DNA of 64,000 nt, from assembly GCA_963797555.1 (NCBI GenBank), contig CAWCPV010000014.1, forward strand, positions 416,001 to 480,000, in the 5' to 3' direction. Below the pieces are notes generated by a model. It was not told the DNA's origin. It ran no database searches and saw nothing but the letters and a program-made list of their open reading frames with translations. Origin of the DNA: an uncultured Gammaproteobacteria bacterium. Its GTDB lineage: Bacteria; Pseudomonadota; Gammaproteobacteria; CAWCPV01. This document shows, piece after piece, positions 10,828 to 23,069 of the stretch; the stretch's first letter is position 1, and each line of letters opens with the position of its first letter. The position numbers were made by a program, and so were the translations under genes.

Positions 10828-12069
10828 TCAGTGCAGGCGGCGGAACACCAGGGTACCGTTGGTGCCGCCGAAGCCGAAGGAGTTGGACACCACGGCATCT
10901 ATGCGCATGGAGCGCGCCTGGTGCGGGACGAAATCCAGATCGCACTCCGGGTCTGGGTCGAAGAGATTGATGGTGGGAGGCGCTACCTGGTCGCGGATGG
11001 CCAGGACGCTGAACACCCCCTCCGCCCCGCCCGCCGCGCCGAGCATGTGGCCGGTCATGGACTTGGTAGAGCTGATCGCCAGGCGATAGGCGTGCTCCCC
11101 GAACGCCGCTTTCAGTGCCCTGGCCTCGGCCAAGTCCCCCAGTGGCGTCGAAGTCCCGTGGGCGTTGACGTATTGGATCTGGTCGGGGTTCAGGCCGGCG
11201 TCGCGCAGCGCATTCCGCATGCAGCACACTGCCCCCTCGCCGCCTTCTGGCGGTTGGGTCATGTGGTACGCATCGGCACTGACACCGTATCCCACCAGCT
11301 CTGCATAGACCCTCGCCCCACGTCGACGGGCATGGTCGTATGCTTCCAGGACCATCACCCCCGCCCCATCGCCGAGCACGAAACCGTCCCGGTCCCGGTC
11401 CCAGGGGCGGCTCGCCGTCTCGGGATCGTCGTTGCGGGTGGACAGGGCACGAGCCGCCGAAAATCCGCCCAAGCCGAGCGGAGTGATGGCCATCTCGGCA
11501 CCGCCGGCGACCATGACGTCTGCGTCGCCGTAGGCGATCATGCGCGCCGCCTCACCGATGTTGTGGGTCCCGGTGGTGCAGGCGGTGACGATGGCGATGT
11601 TGGGGCCTTTGAGACCGAACATGATGGAGAGGTTCCCCGCGGCCATATTGATGATGCTGCCCGGGATGAAAAACGGGGAGATCTTGCGCGGACCGCCGCT
11701 CAAGTACGCTGCGTGCCACTTTTCGATATACGGTAATCCGCCGATGCCCGAGCCGACCGCCACGCCAATGCGGGCCGCGTTCTCGCCGGTCACCTCCAGG
11801 CCCGCATCTCGGATGGCCTGCGCCCCCGCAGCGACCGCATAGTGTATGAAGACGTCCATCTTCTTCGCCTCTTTGGCGGAGATATACGGCGTGACGTCGA
11901 AGCCCTTCGTCGCTCCGCCGATCCGGCTGGCGAAGCCGGAGGTGTCGAAATGGGTGATAGGGCCAATGCCGCTTTTGCCCTCAAGGATGTTGTTCCATGA
12001 CTCATCGACGGTCAGGCCCACCGGAGACACCAACCCCAGCCCCGTCACCACCACACGTCTCCTAGCCAA
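10828..12069 (-). CDS. fabF: 3-oxoacyl-ACP synthase II
   Basis: [29 protein letters not shown]. Confidence 0.97.
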   Translation of the reverse strand: MARRRVVVTGLGLVSPVGLTVDESWNNILEGKSGIGPITHFDTSGFASRIGGATKGFDVTPYISAKEAKKMDVFIHYAVAAGAQAIRDAGLEVTGENAARIGVAVGSGIGGLPYIEKWHAAYLSGGPRKISPFFIPGSIINMAAGNLSIMFGLKGPNIAIVTACTTGTHNIGEAARMIAYGDADVMVAGGAEMAITPLGLGGFSAARALSTRNDDPETASRPWDRDRDGFVLGDGAGVMVLEAYDHARRRGARVYAELVGYGVSADAYHMTQPPEGGEGAVCCMRNALRDAGLNPDQIQYVNAHGTSTPLGDLAEARALKAAFGEHAYRLAISSTKSMTGHMLGAAGGAEGVFSVLAIRDQVAPPTINLFDPDPECDLDFVPHQARSMRIDAVVSNSFGFGGTNGTLVFRRLH

Positions 12070-12107
12070 CCGACGTCCCTCTCAGCCGCAGGGCCTGAAG
12101 CTGCGCA

Positions 12108-12350
12108 TCAGCCCTCCTGCTGGTGTGCAGTGATGTAATCAATGGCTTGCTGGACGGTGGTAATCTTCTCGGCCTCCTCGTCCGGGATCTCGCATGCGAA
12201 CTCCTCCTCCAAGGCCATCACCAGCTCAACCGTATCCAGAGAGTCGGCGCCAAGATCGTCGACGAAGGACGCCTCGCCGGTGACATCTTCCTCCTTGACG
12301 CCGAGCTGCTCCACGACAATCTTCTTGACGCGCTCCTCAATCGTGCTCAT
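12108..12350 (-). CDS. acpP: Acyl carrier protein
   Basis: [31 protein letters not shown]. Confidence 0.98.
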   Translation of the reverse strand: MSTIEERVKKIVVEQLGVKEEDVTGEASFVDDLGADSLDTVELVMALEEEFACEIPDEEAEKITTVQQAIDYITAHQQEG

Positions 12351-12508
12351 GAAAGACCTCCCAAGAAATGCCGCTCGGGCAACCCGAGCTGCGAGCGGTA
12401 GTTTAGTCAAAAACCCGTACCCATTAAAACCCAGCGCATCCTCCAGCAAGCGTTGGCCGTGACGGCATTTCCCCTCCCCTTCGGGCAGGAATTGCCCCTC
12501 GCGCCGCC

Positions 12509-13252
12509 TCAGCCCATGTACATGCCGCCGTTGACGTGCAGGGTCACGCCGGTGATGTACGCGGCCTGAGGAGAAGCCAGAAAGACTACGGCAGCGGCGA
12601 CGTCTTCCGGACGACCCAGTCGTGCTGCTGGGATCATCTGCAACAGGGCCTTCTGCTGCGGCCCGTCCAGCGCGCGCGTCAGGTCCGTCTCGATGAAGCC
12701 GGGGGCCACCGCGTTGACCGTGATGCCGCGCGCTGCGACCTCCCGCGCGAGCGCCCGCGTGAAACCGAGCATCCCAGCCTTCGCCGCGGCATAGTTGGTC
12801 TGCCCGGGGTTCCCGATCTCGGCAACGACCGACGAGATGTTGATGATGCGGCCCCGACGCGCCTTCACCATCGCACGCAGACACGCACGACAGAGCCGGT
12901 ACACCGACCCGAGGTCGGTGTCGACCAGGGTATTCCAATCGTCGTCGCTCATGCGCATCAGCAAGCTATCCCGAGTAATGCCGGCGTTGTTGACGAGAAT
13001 GCTGGGCGGGCCGTCGGTCGCGCCTATGTGCTTGGCCAGCCCCGTGACGCCCTCGACATCCGTGACGTCGAGCACCTCGCCTCTCCCGTCGACGCCCGCC
13101 GCTCGCAGCGTCGCGGTGATACGCTCGGCTCCCTCCCTCGAGGTCGCCGTGCCGATAACTTTGGCACCCTGCCGCCCGAGCTCCAGCGCGATGGCGCGGC
13201 CGATGCCCCGGCTCGCCCCTGTCACGAGCGCGATCTCGTCGTCCAATGTCAT
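12509..13252 (-). CDS. fabG: 3-oxoacyl-ACP reductase
   Basis: [21 protein letters not shown]. Confidence 0.96.
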   Translation of the reverse strand: MTLDDEIALVTGASRGIGRAIALELGRQGAKVIGTATSREGAERITATLRAAGVDGRGEVLDVTDVEGVTGLAKHIGATDGPPSILVNNAGITRDSLLMRMSDDDWNTLVDTDLGSVYRLCRACLRAMVKARRGRIINISSVVAEIGNPGQTNYAAAKAGMLGFTRALAREVAARGITVNAVAPGFIETDLTRALDGPQQKALLQMIPAARLGRPEDVAAAVVFLASPQAAYITGVTLHVNGGMYMG

Positions 13253-13317
13253 GGCCTGAGGATCCTGGTGAATTGACGGGCTCGGACGGGGGCGCGAGAG
13301 TCTCCTAACGGAGCTGC

Positions 13318-14264
13318 TCACGCCGCGACCGTCGCCACCAGCGCCTCGCGCAAGCTTGCACGATCGCGCACGGAGTGCACGGTCAGCGCCGGCACTGTGC
13401 GTTTGGCGAGACCGCCAAGGGCCGTGCCGGGGCCGCACTCGACGAGCGCAGCGATGCCATCAGCCTGCATGCGACGCAATACCTCCACCCAGCGCACGGG
13501 CCTGTACAGCTGAGTGGCCAGTGCCTCGCGAATAGCGCTCGCGGACTGGTGTGTAAGCGCGTCCACATTGTGGATAACCGGAAATTCCGGACGGCCAAAG
13601 TCAACTTGGTGCAGGCGCTCCGTGAAACGCTCGGCAGCGGTCTTCATCAGGCTGCAGTGGGAGGGAACACTTACCGCCAGCCGTACCGAGCGCCTCGCGC
13701 CAGCCTCACGCGCGAGTGCGATAACATGTTCTACGGCGACGGTCTCTCCTGCCACGACCACCTGTCGAGGGGCGTTCAGGTTCGCCGGCTCAACCACCGC
13801 CGCCGCAGGGACCCGGCGACACAGCTCCGCCACCCGCGCATCGTCCAGCCCCAAGATCGCAGCCATCGCGCCTTGACCTTCCGGGACGGCTTCCTGCATC
13901 AACCGTGCCCGCTCGGCCACGAGCGCCACCGCTTGCTCGAACGGGAGGCTGCCCGCGCAAACCAGTGCGGTGTACTCCCCCAGGCTGTGCCCCGCCATCG
14001 CCGCAGGCGGCGCACCACCGGATGCACGCCAAACGCGCCAGGCCGCCACCCCGGCCGTCAGCATGACCGGCTGCGTGCGCTCGGTACGGTTAAGCTCCGC
14101 CTCGGGTCCGTGTTGGGCCAGGGTCCAGAGGTCGTAGCCCAGCACGCCCGATGCCTGCGAAAACGTTTGTCGCACCTGAGCGAAGTCCTCCGCCAGGTCG
14201 GCAAGCATACCCAAGGACTGGGAACCTTGTCCTGGAAATAGGAACCCGAGCGGTTCCTCGCCAT
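13318..14264 (-). CDS. fabD: Malonyl-CoA:ACP transacylase
   Basis: FPGQGSQ, GHSLGEY, VPSH; the nearest ATG (14264) is one base out of frame, probably an indel error. Confidence 0.93.
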
Positions 14265-14378
14265 ACGCCTTTGGCACGATGGGCAGGTAGACTAGCTCCA
14301 TAGATGTCGGCTGCACGCCTGGAATAAACCCCGCGACTTTCCACGGCACCGTCGCGACCGGATGGCCCTGGTGCATCG

Positions 14379-15347
14379 TCACCAGCGCAGCAGCGCCGAG
14401 CCCCACGTGAAGCCGGCACCGAAGGCTTCCAGCAGCACGAGGTCTCCGCCTCTTACGCGCCCGTCCTTGACCGCCACGTCCAGCGCGAGAGGCACCGAGG
14501 CGGCCGAGGTGTTGCCGTGCTCCGCGATCGTCACCACCACTCGCTCCATCGGCATCTTGAGCTTCTTGGCGGTAGCCGCGATGATGCGTGTGTTAGCCTG
14601 ATGGGGCACCAGCCAGTCGATGGCCGATCGCTCCAGGTTGTTGGCGCTCAGCGTCTCGTCCACGATCCGCCCCAGAGTGTTGACGGCCACTTTGAACACC
14701 TCGTTGCCCTGCATCTGTATATAGGCGCGGCCCTGAGTCAGGTCCGTGTACCCCTGGGAAACACCAACAGGCACCGTCAGCAGCTCCTTGTAGCGTCCGT
14801 CCGCATGCAGGTGGGTGGATAGAACGCCGGGCTCCTCGCTGACCGTCATCACTGCTGCGCCTGCACCATCGCCGAACAGCACGCAGGTCGTCCGATCGGT
14901 CCAGTCGATGATGCGTGAAAGCGTCTCCGCCCCGACCACCAAAACGGTCTTCGCGGCTCCCGCACGGATGAACTGGTCCGCGATGCCCAGCGCATAGATA
15001 AACCCGGTACACACGGCCTGGACGTCGAAGGCCGCACAGCCGTGGATGTGCAGCCGCTCTTGTAAGAGGCACGCGGTGCTTGGAAAGACTCGATCTGGAG
15101 TCGTGGTGGCAACAATGAGGAGATCGATAGCGCCGGCCTTGATACCAGCCGCCTTCAGTGCGCGGCGCGCTGCTGCCTCAGCCAGATCACAGGTACTCTC
15201 GCCAGGCGCCGCGATATGTCGTTCGCGAATCCCAGTGCGCTCCCGGATCCACGCGTCACTGGTGTCCACCATCCGCTCAAGGTCGGCATTCGTGAGCACC
15301 TTCTCCGGCAGGTAGGCACCGGTCCCCACTAAGCGCGCGTGGGTCAA
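14379..15347 (-). CDS. fabH: 3-oxoacyl-ACP synthase III
   Basis: [27 protein letters not shown]; TTG start overlapping plsX stop. Confidence 0.96.
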   Translation of the reverse strand: MTHARLVGTGAYLPEKVLTNADLERMVDTSDAWIRERTGIRERHIAAPGESTCDLAEAAARRALKAAGIKAGAIDLLIVATTTPDRVFPSTACLLQERLHIHGCAAFDVQAVCTGFIYALGIADQFIRAGAAKTVLVVGAETLSRIIDWTDRTTCVLFGDGAGAAVMTVSEEPGVLSTHLHADGRYKELLTVPVGVSQGYTDLTQGRAYIQMQGNEVFKVAVNTLGRIVDETLSANNLERSAIDWLVPHQANTRIIAATAKKLKMPMERVVVTIAEHGNTSAASVPLALDVAVKDGRVRGGDLVLLEAFGAGFTWGSALLRW

Positions 15348-16366
15348 ACAGCGCGCCTTTCTGCCAGCGCAGGCGTCAGATACTTGCTGATGCGTTGGGG
15401 AACGTCCTTCTGCACCTCCAGCGCCGCCACCCGGACCGCATTGGCAAAGGCGACAGCATCGGCGCCGCCATGGCTCTTGATGATGATGCCGCGCAAGCCA
15501 AGGAGGCTGGCTCCGTTGTACCATCGAGGATCGATGCTGCGACGCAGCGAGCGCAGTGCCGGCGCGGCCACTACCCCCGCCAGACGCGTCAGAAGATTAC
15601 GACTGAATGCCTGGCGCAGGTAGTGGCTGACCAAGCCGGCCGTACCTTCCATGGTTTTCAAAGCCACGTTTCCCACGAAACCGTCACAGACCACAACGTC
15701 GGATGCCCCTTGGAAGATCTGGTGGCCTTCGACATACCCCACGTAATTCAGGTCACTCGCCGCCAGTAAACGCGCGGCCTGCTTGACTCTGTCGTTACCC
15801 TTGATTTCCTCCGCCCCGATGTTCAGCAAGCCGACGCTGGGGCGTTCGATGTTCTGCACCGCCCGGACTAGCACAGAGCCCATCAAGGCGAACTGCAGGA
15901 GATGCTCCGGGGTACAGTCACTGTTCGCGCCCAGATCCAGCATGTGTGTGGATCCTGTCCGAGTCGGTAACGCCGACGTGATGGCCGGTCGGTCGATGCC
16001 GGGCAGGGTCTTGAGGACGAAGCGCGCCATGGCCATCAGCGCTCCCGTGTTGCCCGCACTAACACACGCTTGTGCTGCACCCTCCTTGACGAGGTTGATG
16101 GCGATGCGCATGGATGAGTCCTTCTTGGTCCGTAGCGCTTGAGATGGCAGCTCATCCATCTCTACCCGCTGCGAGGCGTGATGCAAGACGAGGCGCGCGC
16201 CCAGCTCGGCCTTGTTGCGACGCAGTTCCTGAGCCACTATCTCTTGCTGGCCTACCAGTACCAGCTTGAGAGCAGGCAACTCGTCGAGCGCCCTCAGCGC
16301 GCCCGCGACCACCACCCGGGGACCGTGGTCCCCGCCCATAGCGTCCAGGGCAATGGTGGCGTCCAA
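15344..16366 (-). CDS. plsX: Phosphate acyltransferase
   Basis: [31 protein letters not shown]. Confidence 0.97.
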   Translation of the reverse strand: MDATIALDAMGGDHGPRVVVAGALRALDELPALKLVLVGQQEIVAQELRRNKAELGARLVLHHASQRVEMDELPSQALRTKKDSSMRIAINLVKEGAAQACVSAGNTGALMAMARFVLKTLPGIDRPAITSALPTRTGSTHMLDLGANSDCTPEHLLQFALMGSVLVRAVQNIERPSVGLLNIGAEEIKGNDRVKQAARLLAASDLNYVGYVEGHQIFQGASDVVVCDGFVGNVALKTMEGTAGLVSHYLRQAFSRNLLTRLAGVVAAPALRSLRRSIDPRWYNGASLLGLRGIIIKSHGGADAVAFANAVRVAALEVQKDVPQRISKYLTPALAERRAV

Positions 16367-16369
16367 AGC

Positions 16370-16546
16370 TCAGTCTTTGCCTTGGATGACCTTGCGCCCG
16401 CGATAATAGCCCGAGGGGCTCAGATGGTGACGCCGATGGGTCTCTCCCGTCGCCGGGTCGGCGGATAGCGTGGGCGTCTTGAGAGCATCATGGGCGCGAC
16501 GCATACCGCGCCTGGAGGGCGTCTTGCGACTTTTCTGTACTGCCAT
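16370..16546 (-). CDS. rpmF: 50S ribosomal protein L32 (58 aa, below ORF track cutoff)
   Basis: Manual translation [22 protein letters not shown]...[21 protein letters not shown]. Confidence 0.96.
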   Translation of the reverse strand: MAVQKSRKTPSRRGMRRAHDALKTPTLSADPATGETHRRHHLSPSGYYRGRKVIQGKD

Positions 16547-16573
16547 GCAGGGGCACTCCTCGAAAGGTTGTGT

Positions 16574-17089
16574 TCACTCCGAGCCATGCGGCTCCTTGAG
16601 CCGGGCCAGCACGGCGAAGGGACCGTCGCGTGCCGGGCCGACTGCCATCTCCGCAGGGACCTCAGCGTCGCATACCGCCCGCGGATGGAGCGGCGCGATT
16701 GGTAAGGACAGGATGAGATCGTCCTCCACCATTGCCGCCAGCGCGATAGACCGCGACTCCAGCAACAGCGGTTCGTAGCATTCGGGCAAGCACTCCGCCT
16801 GCGCTTCAGAATCCACTATTCCCAGAGACATGCGGCTCTGCACGGAAATCTCCAGCGGCCTCAGACACCGTTGGCAAGTCAGCCTCAGCCGCGCTTGCAC
16901 CGTCCCCGCGACGTAGGGCGTGCCAACACCGTCTATCCCGAACGCCAAATCCACATGAGCCGCACCCTCCGCACTCAGCAGACTCCGCCCCAATCGGGGC
17001 ATCTGCGACAGTGGTATGTCACCCTGCAGGCTGCGCCCCTGATCGGCTAAGCGGCGAGGATCGATGCGTTGAGGCAGGCGGTACAACAT
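16574..17089 (-). CDS. yceD: YceD/DUF177 family protein
   Basis: LTCQRCL, VEDDLILSLPIAP, PFAVLARLK; upstream of rpmF. Confidence 0.9.
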   Translation of the reverse strand: MLYRLPQRIDPRRLADQGRSLQGDIPLSQMPRLGRSLLSAEGAAHVDLAFGIDGVGTPYVAGTVQARLRLTCQRCLRPLEISVQSRMSLGIVDSEAQAECLPECYEPLLLESRSIALAAMVEDDLILSLPIAPLHPRAVCDAEVPAEMAVGPARDGPFAVLARLKEPHGSE

Positions 17090-17294
17090 AAATTTGCAAA
17101 CATATACGCATTCTCCCCTCTCTGTCAAAAAGAACCGGGTTCACCAACGCACGGGCTGCTATTATAAGCGAATCTTCGTTTACCTCTGGGACCGATGGGT
17201 CTCGCAGCTTGAACTAGCGCTCGGCATCCCGACGCCGCGAGGACCAGCGGCACGGCCTGGAAACGTCGTACCCTCGAAATCTCCCCAAAGGCCA

Positions 17295-17873
17295 ATGAGC
17301 CCCCTGGTACTGGCGTCCACCTCGCCGTTCCGGCGACAGCTTCTGGCGCGTTTGGGCCTGGAGTTCCGTGCAGTCGCGCCCCATACCGACGAACGCCAAC
17401 GACCGGGCGAGAGCCCGGAACGACTTTGTTTGCGTCTGGCCGAGGAGAAGGCGCGATCGGTGGCCTCGGCTTATCCCAACGATCTAATCATCGGCTCAGA
17501 CCAAGTGGCCGTGCTGTCCGGCCAGGTCATGGGGAAGCCAATCAGCCATGAGGCGGCTGTCGACCAACTGCGCCAGGCATCAGGTCGTACCATGACGTTC
17601 TGGACCGCGTTATGCCTGCTGAATAGTGGCGCCGACCGGATACAGCGCGAAGTCGCACCCTACCGGGTGCTGTTCCGCTCCCTCACCTCTGACCAGATTG
17701 AACGCTATCTGGAGCGCGACCAGCCTTACCACTGCGCCGGCGCGATTAGGTCCGAGGCGCTCGGCATCGCTCTGATAGAACGTATGGAGGGTGCAGACCC
17801 CACTGCCTTGGTGGGACTGCCTCTCATCGCCCTCGTCACGATGTTGCAGCGAGAAGGAGTCAACATACCCTGA
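17295..17873 (+). CDS. Maf-family nucleoside triphosphate pyrophosphatase (YceF-like)
   Basis: LVLASTSPFRRQLL, IGSDQV, CAG, LVGLPL. Confidence 0.93.
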   Translation: MSPLVLASTSPFRRQLLARLGLEFRAVAPHTDERQRPGESPERLCLRLAEEKARSVASAYPNDLIIGSDQVAVLSGQVMGKPISHEAAVDQLRQASGRTMTFWTALCLLNSGADRIQREVAPYRVLFRSLTSDQIERYLERDQPYHCAGAIRSEALGIALIERMEGADPTALVGLPLIALVTMLQREGVNIP

Positions 17874-18131
17874 GTCGGCGCTGGTCGGTCCAGCCACTTC
17901 CATCCACGGCCCCGGTATCAGCGCCGCTGCGAGAGGGTAACCAGGAGTCGCGACTTGCTCCGAAACACTGGTAAAATCCCTAGCGGGCGTGGCCCTTGTC
18001 TTTACATCGGCTAACCGGGTACGGCTCGTGGTAACGCCAACTCCAAGGCCGGCATCTCCGTACGCGGTTCCACTGCAAGCGCTCTGCGCCGACCGCGGAC
18101 CGCGACTAAACGAGGGGGGGTCATCACGCAC

Positions 18132-18791
18132 ATGCGAGGCAAGACACGGCAGGAAAGTAAGCCTGAGGTCGGTCCTGTCATCGCCGGCCGGTCAGACAAC
18201 ACTGTGTGGCACCACGCGACGGTGACGCGGGCACGCCGCCAGCGCCAGAACGGGCACCGTAGCGCCATTCTCTGGTTCACCGGCCTCTCTGGCGCCGGCA
18301 AGTCGACGCTCGCGCACGCAGTGGAGGAGGAGTTGCACCAGATCGGTTGCCGGACGTTCGTGTTCGATGGCGACAACGTCCGCCACGGTCTCTGCGGCGA
18401 CCTCGGATTCTCTGCGGAGGACCGCGCGGAAAACATCCGGCGTATCGGCGAGATGGCCAAGCTATTCATCGAGGCTGGGGTCATCGCCCTTACGGCCTTC
18501 ATCTCTCCCTACCGGGCGGACCGCGGCCGCGTGCGTTTCTCGGTGGGGGAAGGCGATTTCATCGAGATTTACTGCAAGTGCTCGCTGGAGGTCTGTGAAC
18601 GCCGGGACGTCAAGGGTCTCTATCAGCGTGCGCGGGCCGGAAAGATCCCCGAATTCACCGGCATCTCGTCGCCCTACGAAGAGCCGGAGCATCCCGAGTT
18701 GGCTATCGACACGGCCGAGACGACATTGGAAGAGTCCGTGGTTCAAGTCCTGTCCTTCCTGCGACAACAGCGCATCATCGAGGCGCCTTGA
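18132..18791 (+). CDS. cysC: Adenylyl-sulfate kinase
   Basis: [37 protein letters not shown]. Confidence 0.95.
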   Translation: MRGKTRQESKPEVGPVIAGRSDNTVWHHATVTRARRQRQNGHRSAILWFTGLSGAGKSTLAHAVEEELHQIGCRTFVFDGDNVRHGLCGDLGFSAEDRAENIRRIGEMAKLFIEAGVIALTAFISPYRADRGRVRFSVGEGDFIEIYCKCSLEVCERRDVKGLYQRARAGKIPEFTGISSPYEEPEHPELAIDTAETTLEESVVQVLSFLRQQRIIEAP

Positions 18792-19921
18792 ACCGACGCG
18801 CGCTCATCACCGGCATCACCGGCCAGGACGGAGCCTACCTCGCATCTTTTCTGCTGGACAAGGGCTACGAAGTCCATGGTATCAAGCGCCGAACCTCGCT
18901 GTTCAACACGGATCGCATCGACCACCTCTATCAGGACCCCCACGAGTTTCCGCGGCGGCTCATCCTCCATTATGGGGATATGACAGACTCCAGCAGCCTC
19001 GTACGTGTGGTTGAGCAGGTACAACCGGACGAGATTTACAACTTGGCCGCGCAGAGTCATGTGGCCGTCTCCTTCGAAGAGCCGGAGTACACCGCCGACT
19101 CCGATGCGCTGGGTACCCTGCGCCTCCTTGAGGCAGTGCGTATCCTCCGCCTGAAGGACAAGACGCGTCTATACCAGGCATCGACCTCCGAGCTCTACGG
19201 GAAGGTGCGAGAGATGCCCCAGCGCGAGACGACGCCCTTCTATCCGCGGTCGCCATACGGAGCCGCCAAACTGTATGCATACTGGATCACGGTCAACTAC
19301 CGTGAGGCATACGGCTTGTTCGCCTGTAACGGCATCCTCTTTAACCACGAATCCCCGTCGCGGGGGGAGACTTTCGTTACCCGCAAGATCACGCGCGGCT
19401 TGGCCCGCATCATGCTGGGGCTGCAGGGCACCTTGTACCTCGGCAATCTGGGCGCGCGCCGCGATTGGGGCCATGCCCGCGATTTCGTGGAAGCCATGTG
19501 GCTCATCCTGCAACAGGACGTTCCGGAGGACTTCGTGATCGCGACCGGGCAACAGCACTCCGTGCGCGATTTCGTGGACAGGGCGGCTGCCCATCTCGGC
19601 ATCACTCTAGAGTGGCAGGGGAGCGGTATCGACGAAGTCGGCGTGATCGCTGGCCTCAGCCCCAGCCCGCTGCGAGCCGAAGCGGCGAGCCTCAAGCCGG
19701 GTGCCGTGATTGTGCGGGTGGACCCGCATTACTTCAGGCCGGCTGAAGTCGACACCTTGTTAGGCGACCCCAGCAAGGCGCGAGAAAAACTGGGGTGGTC
19801 ACCTCGGACCCTTTTCGCCGAGCTGGTCGCGGAGATGGTACAGGAGGACGTCGCCCTAGCGGCTCGCGATGCCCTGCTGCACCGGGAAGGCTTCAACGTG
19901 TGCCACAACCGGCTGGAATAG
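18788..19921 (+). CDS. gmd: GDP-mannose 4,6-dehydratase
   Basis: [42 protein letters not shown]. Confidence 0.97.
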   Translation: MNRRALITGITGQDGAYLASFLLDKGYEVHGIKRRTSLFNTDRIDHLYQDPHEFPRRLILHYGDMTDSSSLVRVVEQVQPDEIYNLAAQSHVAVSFEEPEYTADSDALGTLRLLEAVRILRLKDKTRLYQASTSELYGKVREMPQRETTPFYPRSPYGAAKLYAYWITVNYREAYGLFACNGILFNHESPSRGETFVTRKITRGLARIMLGLQGTLYLGNLGARRDWGHARDFVEAMWLILQQDVPEDFVIATGQQHSVRDFVDRAAAHLGITLEWQGSGIDEVGVIAGLSPSPLRAEAASLKPGAVIVRVDPHYFRPAEVDTLLGDPSKAREKLGWSPRTLFAELVAEMVQEDVALAARDALLHREGFNVCHNRLE

Positions 19922-19964
19922 GCACGCTGCCCTCGGACCACCATTCGCGCCCTCTCCCTCCCCA

Positions 19965-21008
19965 GTGCAAGCGAGCGACGCCTCAAGCCCTTCACTGCAG
20001 TGCACGCCCATTGCGCGGGACGCCCGCGTCTACGTCGCGGGACATCGCGGATTGGTGGGGTCGGCACTGCTGCGTCGCCTTGAGCGGGCGGGTTTCCAGA
20101 ATATCGTGACCCGTCGCCACGACGAGGTCGACCTCACCCGTCAAGATGCGGTGGAGGCATTCTTTCGACAGGAGCAGCCGCAATATGTCCTGCTGGCCGC
20201 AGCCAGGGTTGGGGGCATCCATGCCAACGCCACCTGCCCGGCCGACTTCATTTACCAGAATCTGGCAATTCAGACCAACGTCATCCACGCCGCATACCGA
20301 ACCGAGGTTCGACGTCTGCTATTCCTCGGCAGCTCGTGCATCTACCCCCGTCTCGCCCAGCAGCCGATGAGCGAAACGGCGTTGCTCGCGGGCGCTCTGG
20401 AGCCCACCAATGAGCCGTATGCGGTGGCCAAGATCGCCGGGATCAAGCTCTGCGAATCCTATAACCGCCAGTATGGCACCCAGTTTCGCAGCCTCATGCC
20501 CACTAACCTTTATGGGCCCAACGACAACTTCGATCTGGAAGTAAGCCACGTCATTCCAGCGCTCATCCGCAAGTTCCACGAGGCGAAGATCGCCGGCAAA
20601 CCAACGGTTGAGGTCTGGGGCACCGGACAACCTCGGCGCGAGTTCTTGCACGTGGACGACCTCGCGGAGGCTTGCCTCTTCGTCCTCGAGATCGCCGAAG
20701 AGGTGTATGCGAAGCACACGGCCCCGACGATGTCGCACTTGAATGTGGGTACGGGCACGGACATTAGTATCGCCGAACTGGCTCAAATGATAGCCCAGGT
20801 GGTGGACTTCCAAGGGACCATCGTCTTCGCATCCTCCATGCCGGATGGTACCCCACGCAAGCTGCTCGACATCAGCCGCATCACGGCGCTTGGATGGCGT
20901 CCAAGGATTCCGCTGCGCGCCGGCCTGGAATCCGTCTACCGTTGGTTTTGCGAACACCTTCTGGAGCCCGCCCGCCCTCACGACGGAACATCAGTTTCAA
21001 TCCAGTAA
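19965..21008 (+). CDS. fcl: GDP-L-fucose synthase
   Basis: [39 protein letters not shown]; start approximate. Confidence 0.95.
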   Translation: MQASDASSPSLQCTPIARDARVYVAGHRGLVGSALLRRLERAGFQNIVTRRHDEVDLTRQDAVEAFFRQEQPQYVLLAAARVGGIHANATCPADFIYQNLAIQTNVIHAAYRTEVRRLLFLGSSCIYPRLAQQPMSETALLAGALEPTNEPYAVAKIAGIKLCESYNRQYGTQFRSLMPTNLYGPNDNFDLEVSHVIPALIRKFHEAKIAGKPTVEVWGTGQPRREFLHVDDLAEACLFVLEIAEEVYAKHTAPTMSHLNVGTGTDISIAELAQMIAQVVDFQGTIVFASSMPDGTPRKLLDISRITALGWRPRIPLRAGLESVYRWFCEHLLEPARPHDGTSVSIQ

Positions 21009-21194
21009 CAGCCGTCCAGCAACTCGGCATCCTGCCTGGTCCTGCCGTTTAACCTCAAGCCGACAAAGCCGGCGAGCTTGTGACGGCGCGCCCATTCCTG
21101 CAGGTTTTTCAGTCCCGACTCGGGTTCGGATCGGGCCGAATGGGTGACGAAGCCATTGGGTGTCGTCGACCAAATAGATTTAGCGGCGCATTAA

Positions 21195-21335
21195 CAGGGT
21201 GTTGAAAAAGTCCGGCCGCAGGCTGCTTTTCGTGTCCGGTGGCCGAGCGCGGCCACATAAGTCGTTGATTCTTTACTCTTGAGTCACCATTGACTGGCCC
21301 CGATCCAATGTCCGCAGGAGTTTTTCAACAGCCTG
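21195..21335. mobile_element. 141-bp MITE (IS5/IS1182-like ends)
   Basis: IRs CAGGGTGTTGAAAAAGTCC / CAGGCTGTTGAAAAACTCC (rc); TTAA on both sides (21191-21194, 21336-21339). Confidence 0.8.
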
Positions 21336-21405
21336 TTAAATGCGCTATGGGTCTCAGGACGGAGTTTCTCACCCTATGAGGCGCGTTTGGGCATACCGAG
21401 CCTGT

Positions 21406-21621
21406 TCATGCGGTTGAGCAGCCACCGGCGTCGGCCTCGGTGATCCGGGTGTCCGGCAGCCGAGCGCTGATGCAGGGACCGAGGATCTGTTGGTAGCGGA
21501 GCATGGCGGTCTCGGCGTTGCTGCGCCGGTGGTAGCCCACCGCCCCTTTTTCAGGCCGAGCGTCCTTGGGTGCGGTAAGCTCGACCGCCCAGGATCTCGT
21601 GGCGCTCGGCGTCTGCCGCAA
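21406..21621 (-). pseudogene. IS5-family (IS903-like) transposase C-terminal remnant
   Basis: GYHRRSNAETAMLRY...AR...EA motif typical of that C-terminus; rest absent. Confidence 0.7.
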
Positions 21622-21769
21622 GGTGGAGCTCCGTTAGGTGCGCCGCTTGCCCATGCCGGCTCGCAGGTGTGCGCCTGCCTTGCTTCCGCCCGCGCGCGCT
21701 CATCGCAGACGATAGAACTCGGTCGTCGTCCTCAACGCTGGTGGATGGGTGCGCCGGCCACGGAGTTCG

Positions 21770-22163
21770 AGCGTCGATGGCTGGCCGCGTTGGATGTCTA
21801 TAATCTCTTGGATCGCAAGGTCAGCGACATCGCGACTACGACTATGCTTCCCGCCTATCCGGCGAGCCTGCCGACGGGCCTGCCGAGGCCCCTACCCACC
21901 CGGCCGAGTCGCGCTCGGCGGGGTTCAGAGCTTGTGAACAAATCGTCGCGAGCGGCCCGAGAGCAAGGCGCACGGAGCGCAGCGACGAGACATATCGAGT
22001 AGATGGGCGAGGAGCGACCGAATGGCAGGACAGCCATTCGGCACGTCCGCGGGACGCCCCGAAGGAATGGCGTACAGGAGGTACGCCATGAACACCGCGC
22101 AACGCCGCTATCGGGACACGCAGCAGATTTATTCACAAGCTCTCAGTGTCACCTGCACCTTCC
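21770..22163 (+). pseudogene. TonB-dependent receptor C-terminal remnant, interrupted by a MITE
   Basis: LDVYNLLDRKVSDI, then shifted-frame DYDYASRLSGEP; VTCTF resumes after the MITE; lies upstream of a tonB-like gene. Confidence 0.55.
21928..22142. mobile_element. 215-bp MITE (IS5/IS1031-like ends)
   Basis: IRs GAGCTTGTGAACAAATC / GAGCTTGTGAATAAATC (rc); TCA duplicated at 21925-21927 and 22143-22145. Confidence 0.8.
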
Positions 22164-22226
22164 AGACCCGATGCCTCGCGGCTGGCCGGAGTGGCCAAGG
22201 TGTTGCAAGGTCGCTCGCAGCAAACC

Positions 22227-22952
22227 ATGGCGACCGCGCTGCTACTCTCCATGGCGCTGCATGTGGGTGCGTTGGGATGGCTCCCGATACGGCCTCGACC
22301 GTCGCCGGGCGATGTCGGTCCCCACAGTATCACGGTCCATCTCGTGGCCGGGGGCGCCCTAACGTTCAGCCCCTCCAAGCCGAGCGCAGGCGACGCATCG
22401 TCTCGGCCCGAGCATCCGGCCGTGTCCCCTGCGGCACCCGCGCTGCAGGGCAGCCCGCTCGAACGGTCCGCGGACGCCGCGAGGCGACCGGGCACGCCGC
22501 AACTTAAGCGGCACAGGGCGCGACCTGTCCGCCTCACGAAGCCAACGCCCGTGCCTCGGGTGGCACCGGGCACCGAGCCGGCACCGGCCGCGGTGCACGC
22601 GCTTCCCGGCTCCCCGGCGGCGCCGAGCCGGCATTCGGACCGCTCAGCCGCGTCTGAACAGCCCGCCGCGACATTGCCGCGCTACGCCGCAGATTACCTG
22701 CGCAACCCGCCGCCCGTTTACCCACCCCTTGCGAGACGGAGGCGCTTGCAAGGTACCGTCCTTCTCAGAGTGCACGTGGGAGTTCAAGGAGCGGTGCTCG
22801 ACGTACAGGTAGAGCGTTCCTCGGGGCACGAGATCCTCAATCGGGCAGCACTGGGTGCCGTGCGGGCCTGGCGGTTCCTGCCCGCGCGACGCGGTGCGAC
22901 GCCCGTGGAGGCATGGGTGCGCGTCCCGTTAGACTTCCGGCTCGTGGAATAG
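22227..22952 (+). CDS. Energy transducer TonB family protein
   Basis: TM with SxxLH, Pro-rich linker, YLRNPPPVYP..ARR...QGTV, SSG..ILNRAAL..V..WRF.PA. Confidence 0.88.
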   Translation: MATALLLSMALHVGALGWLPIRPRPSPGDVGPHSITVHLVAGGALTFSPSKPSAGDASSRPEHPAVSPAAPALQGSPLERSADAARRPGTPQLKRHRARPVRLTKPTPVPRVAPGTEPAPAAVHALPGSPAAPSRHSDRSAASEQPAATLPRYAADYLRNPPPVYPPLARRRRLQGTVLLRVHVGVQGAVLDVQVERSSGHEILNRAALGAVRAWRFLPARRGATPVEAWVRVPLDFRLVE

Positions 22953-23069
22953 TGGACCCTGGCACGAGCACGGCAGCGACGAGCATCGCCATACCGAGCC
23001 GCTGACCTGAAGAGAGGAATCGCCTTCCGGCAGGCGATCGTGCAGCGGTCGCGGTGGAAAGGTGCCATC

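Noticed and set aside
10831-11736. Long antisense and alternate-frame ORFs (example given; many others)
   Set aside because: Expected shadows of high-GC coding sequence; they overlap well-supported genes.
17874-17900. TGGTCGG as a duplicated tRNA-Pro 3' end (attR)
   Set aside because: Only a 7-nt match, not significant.
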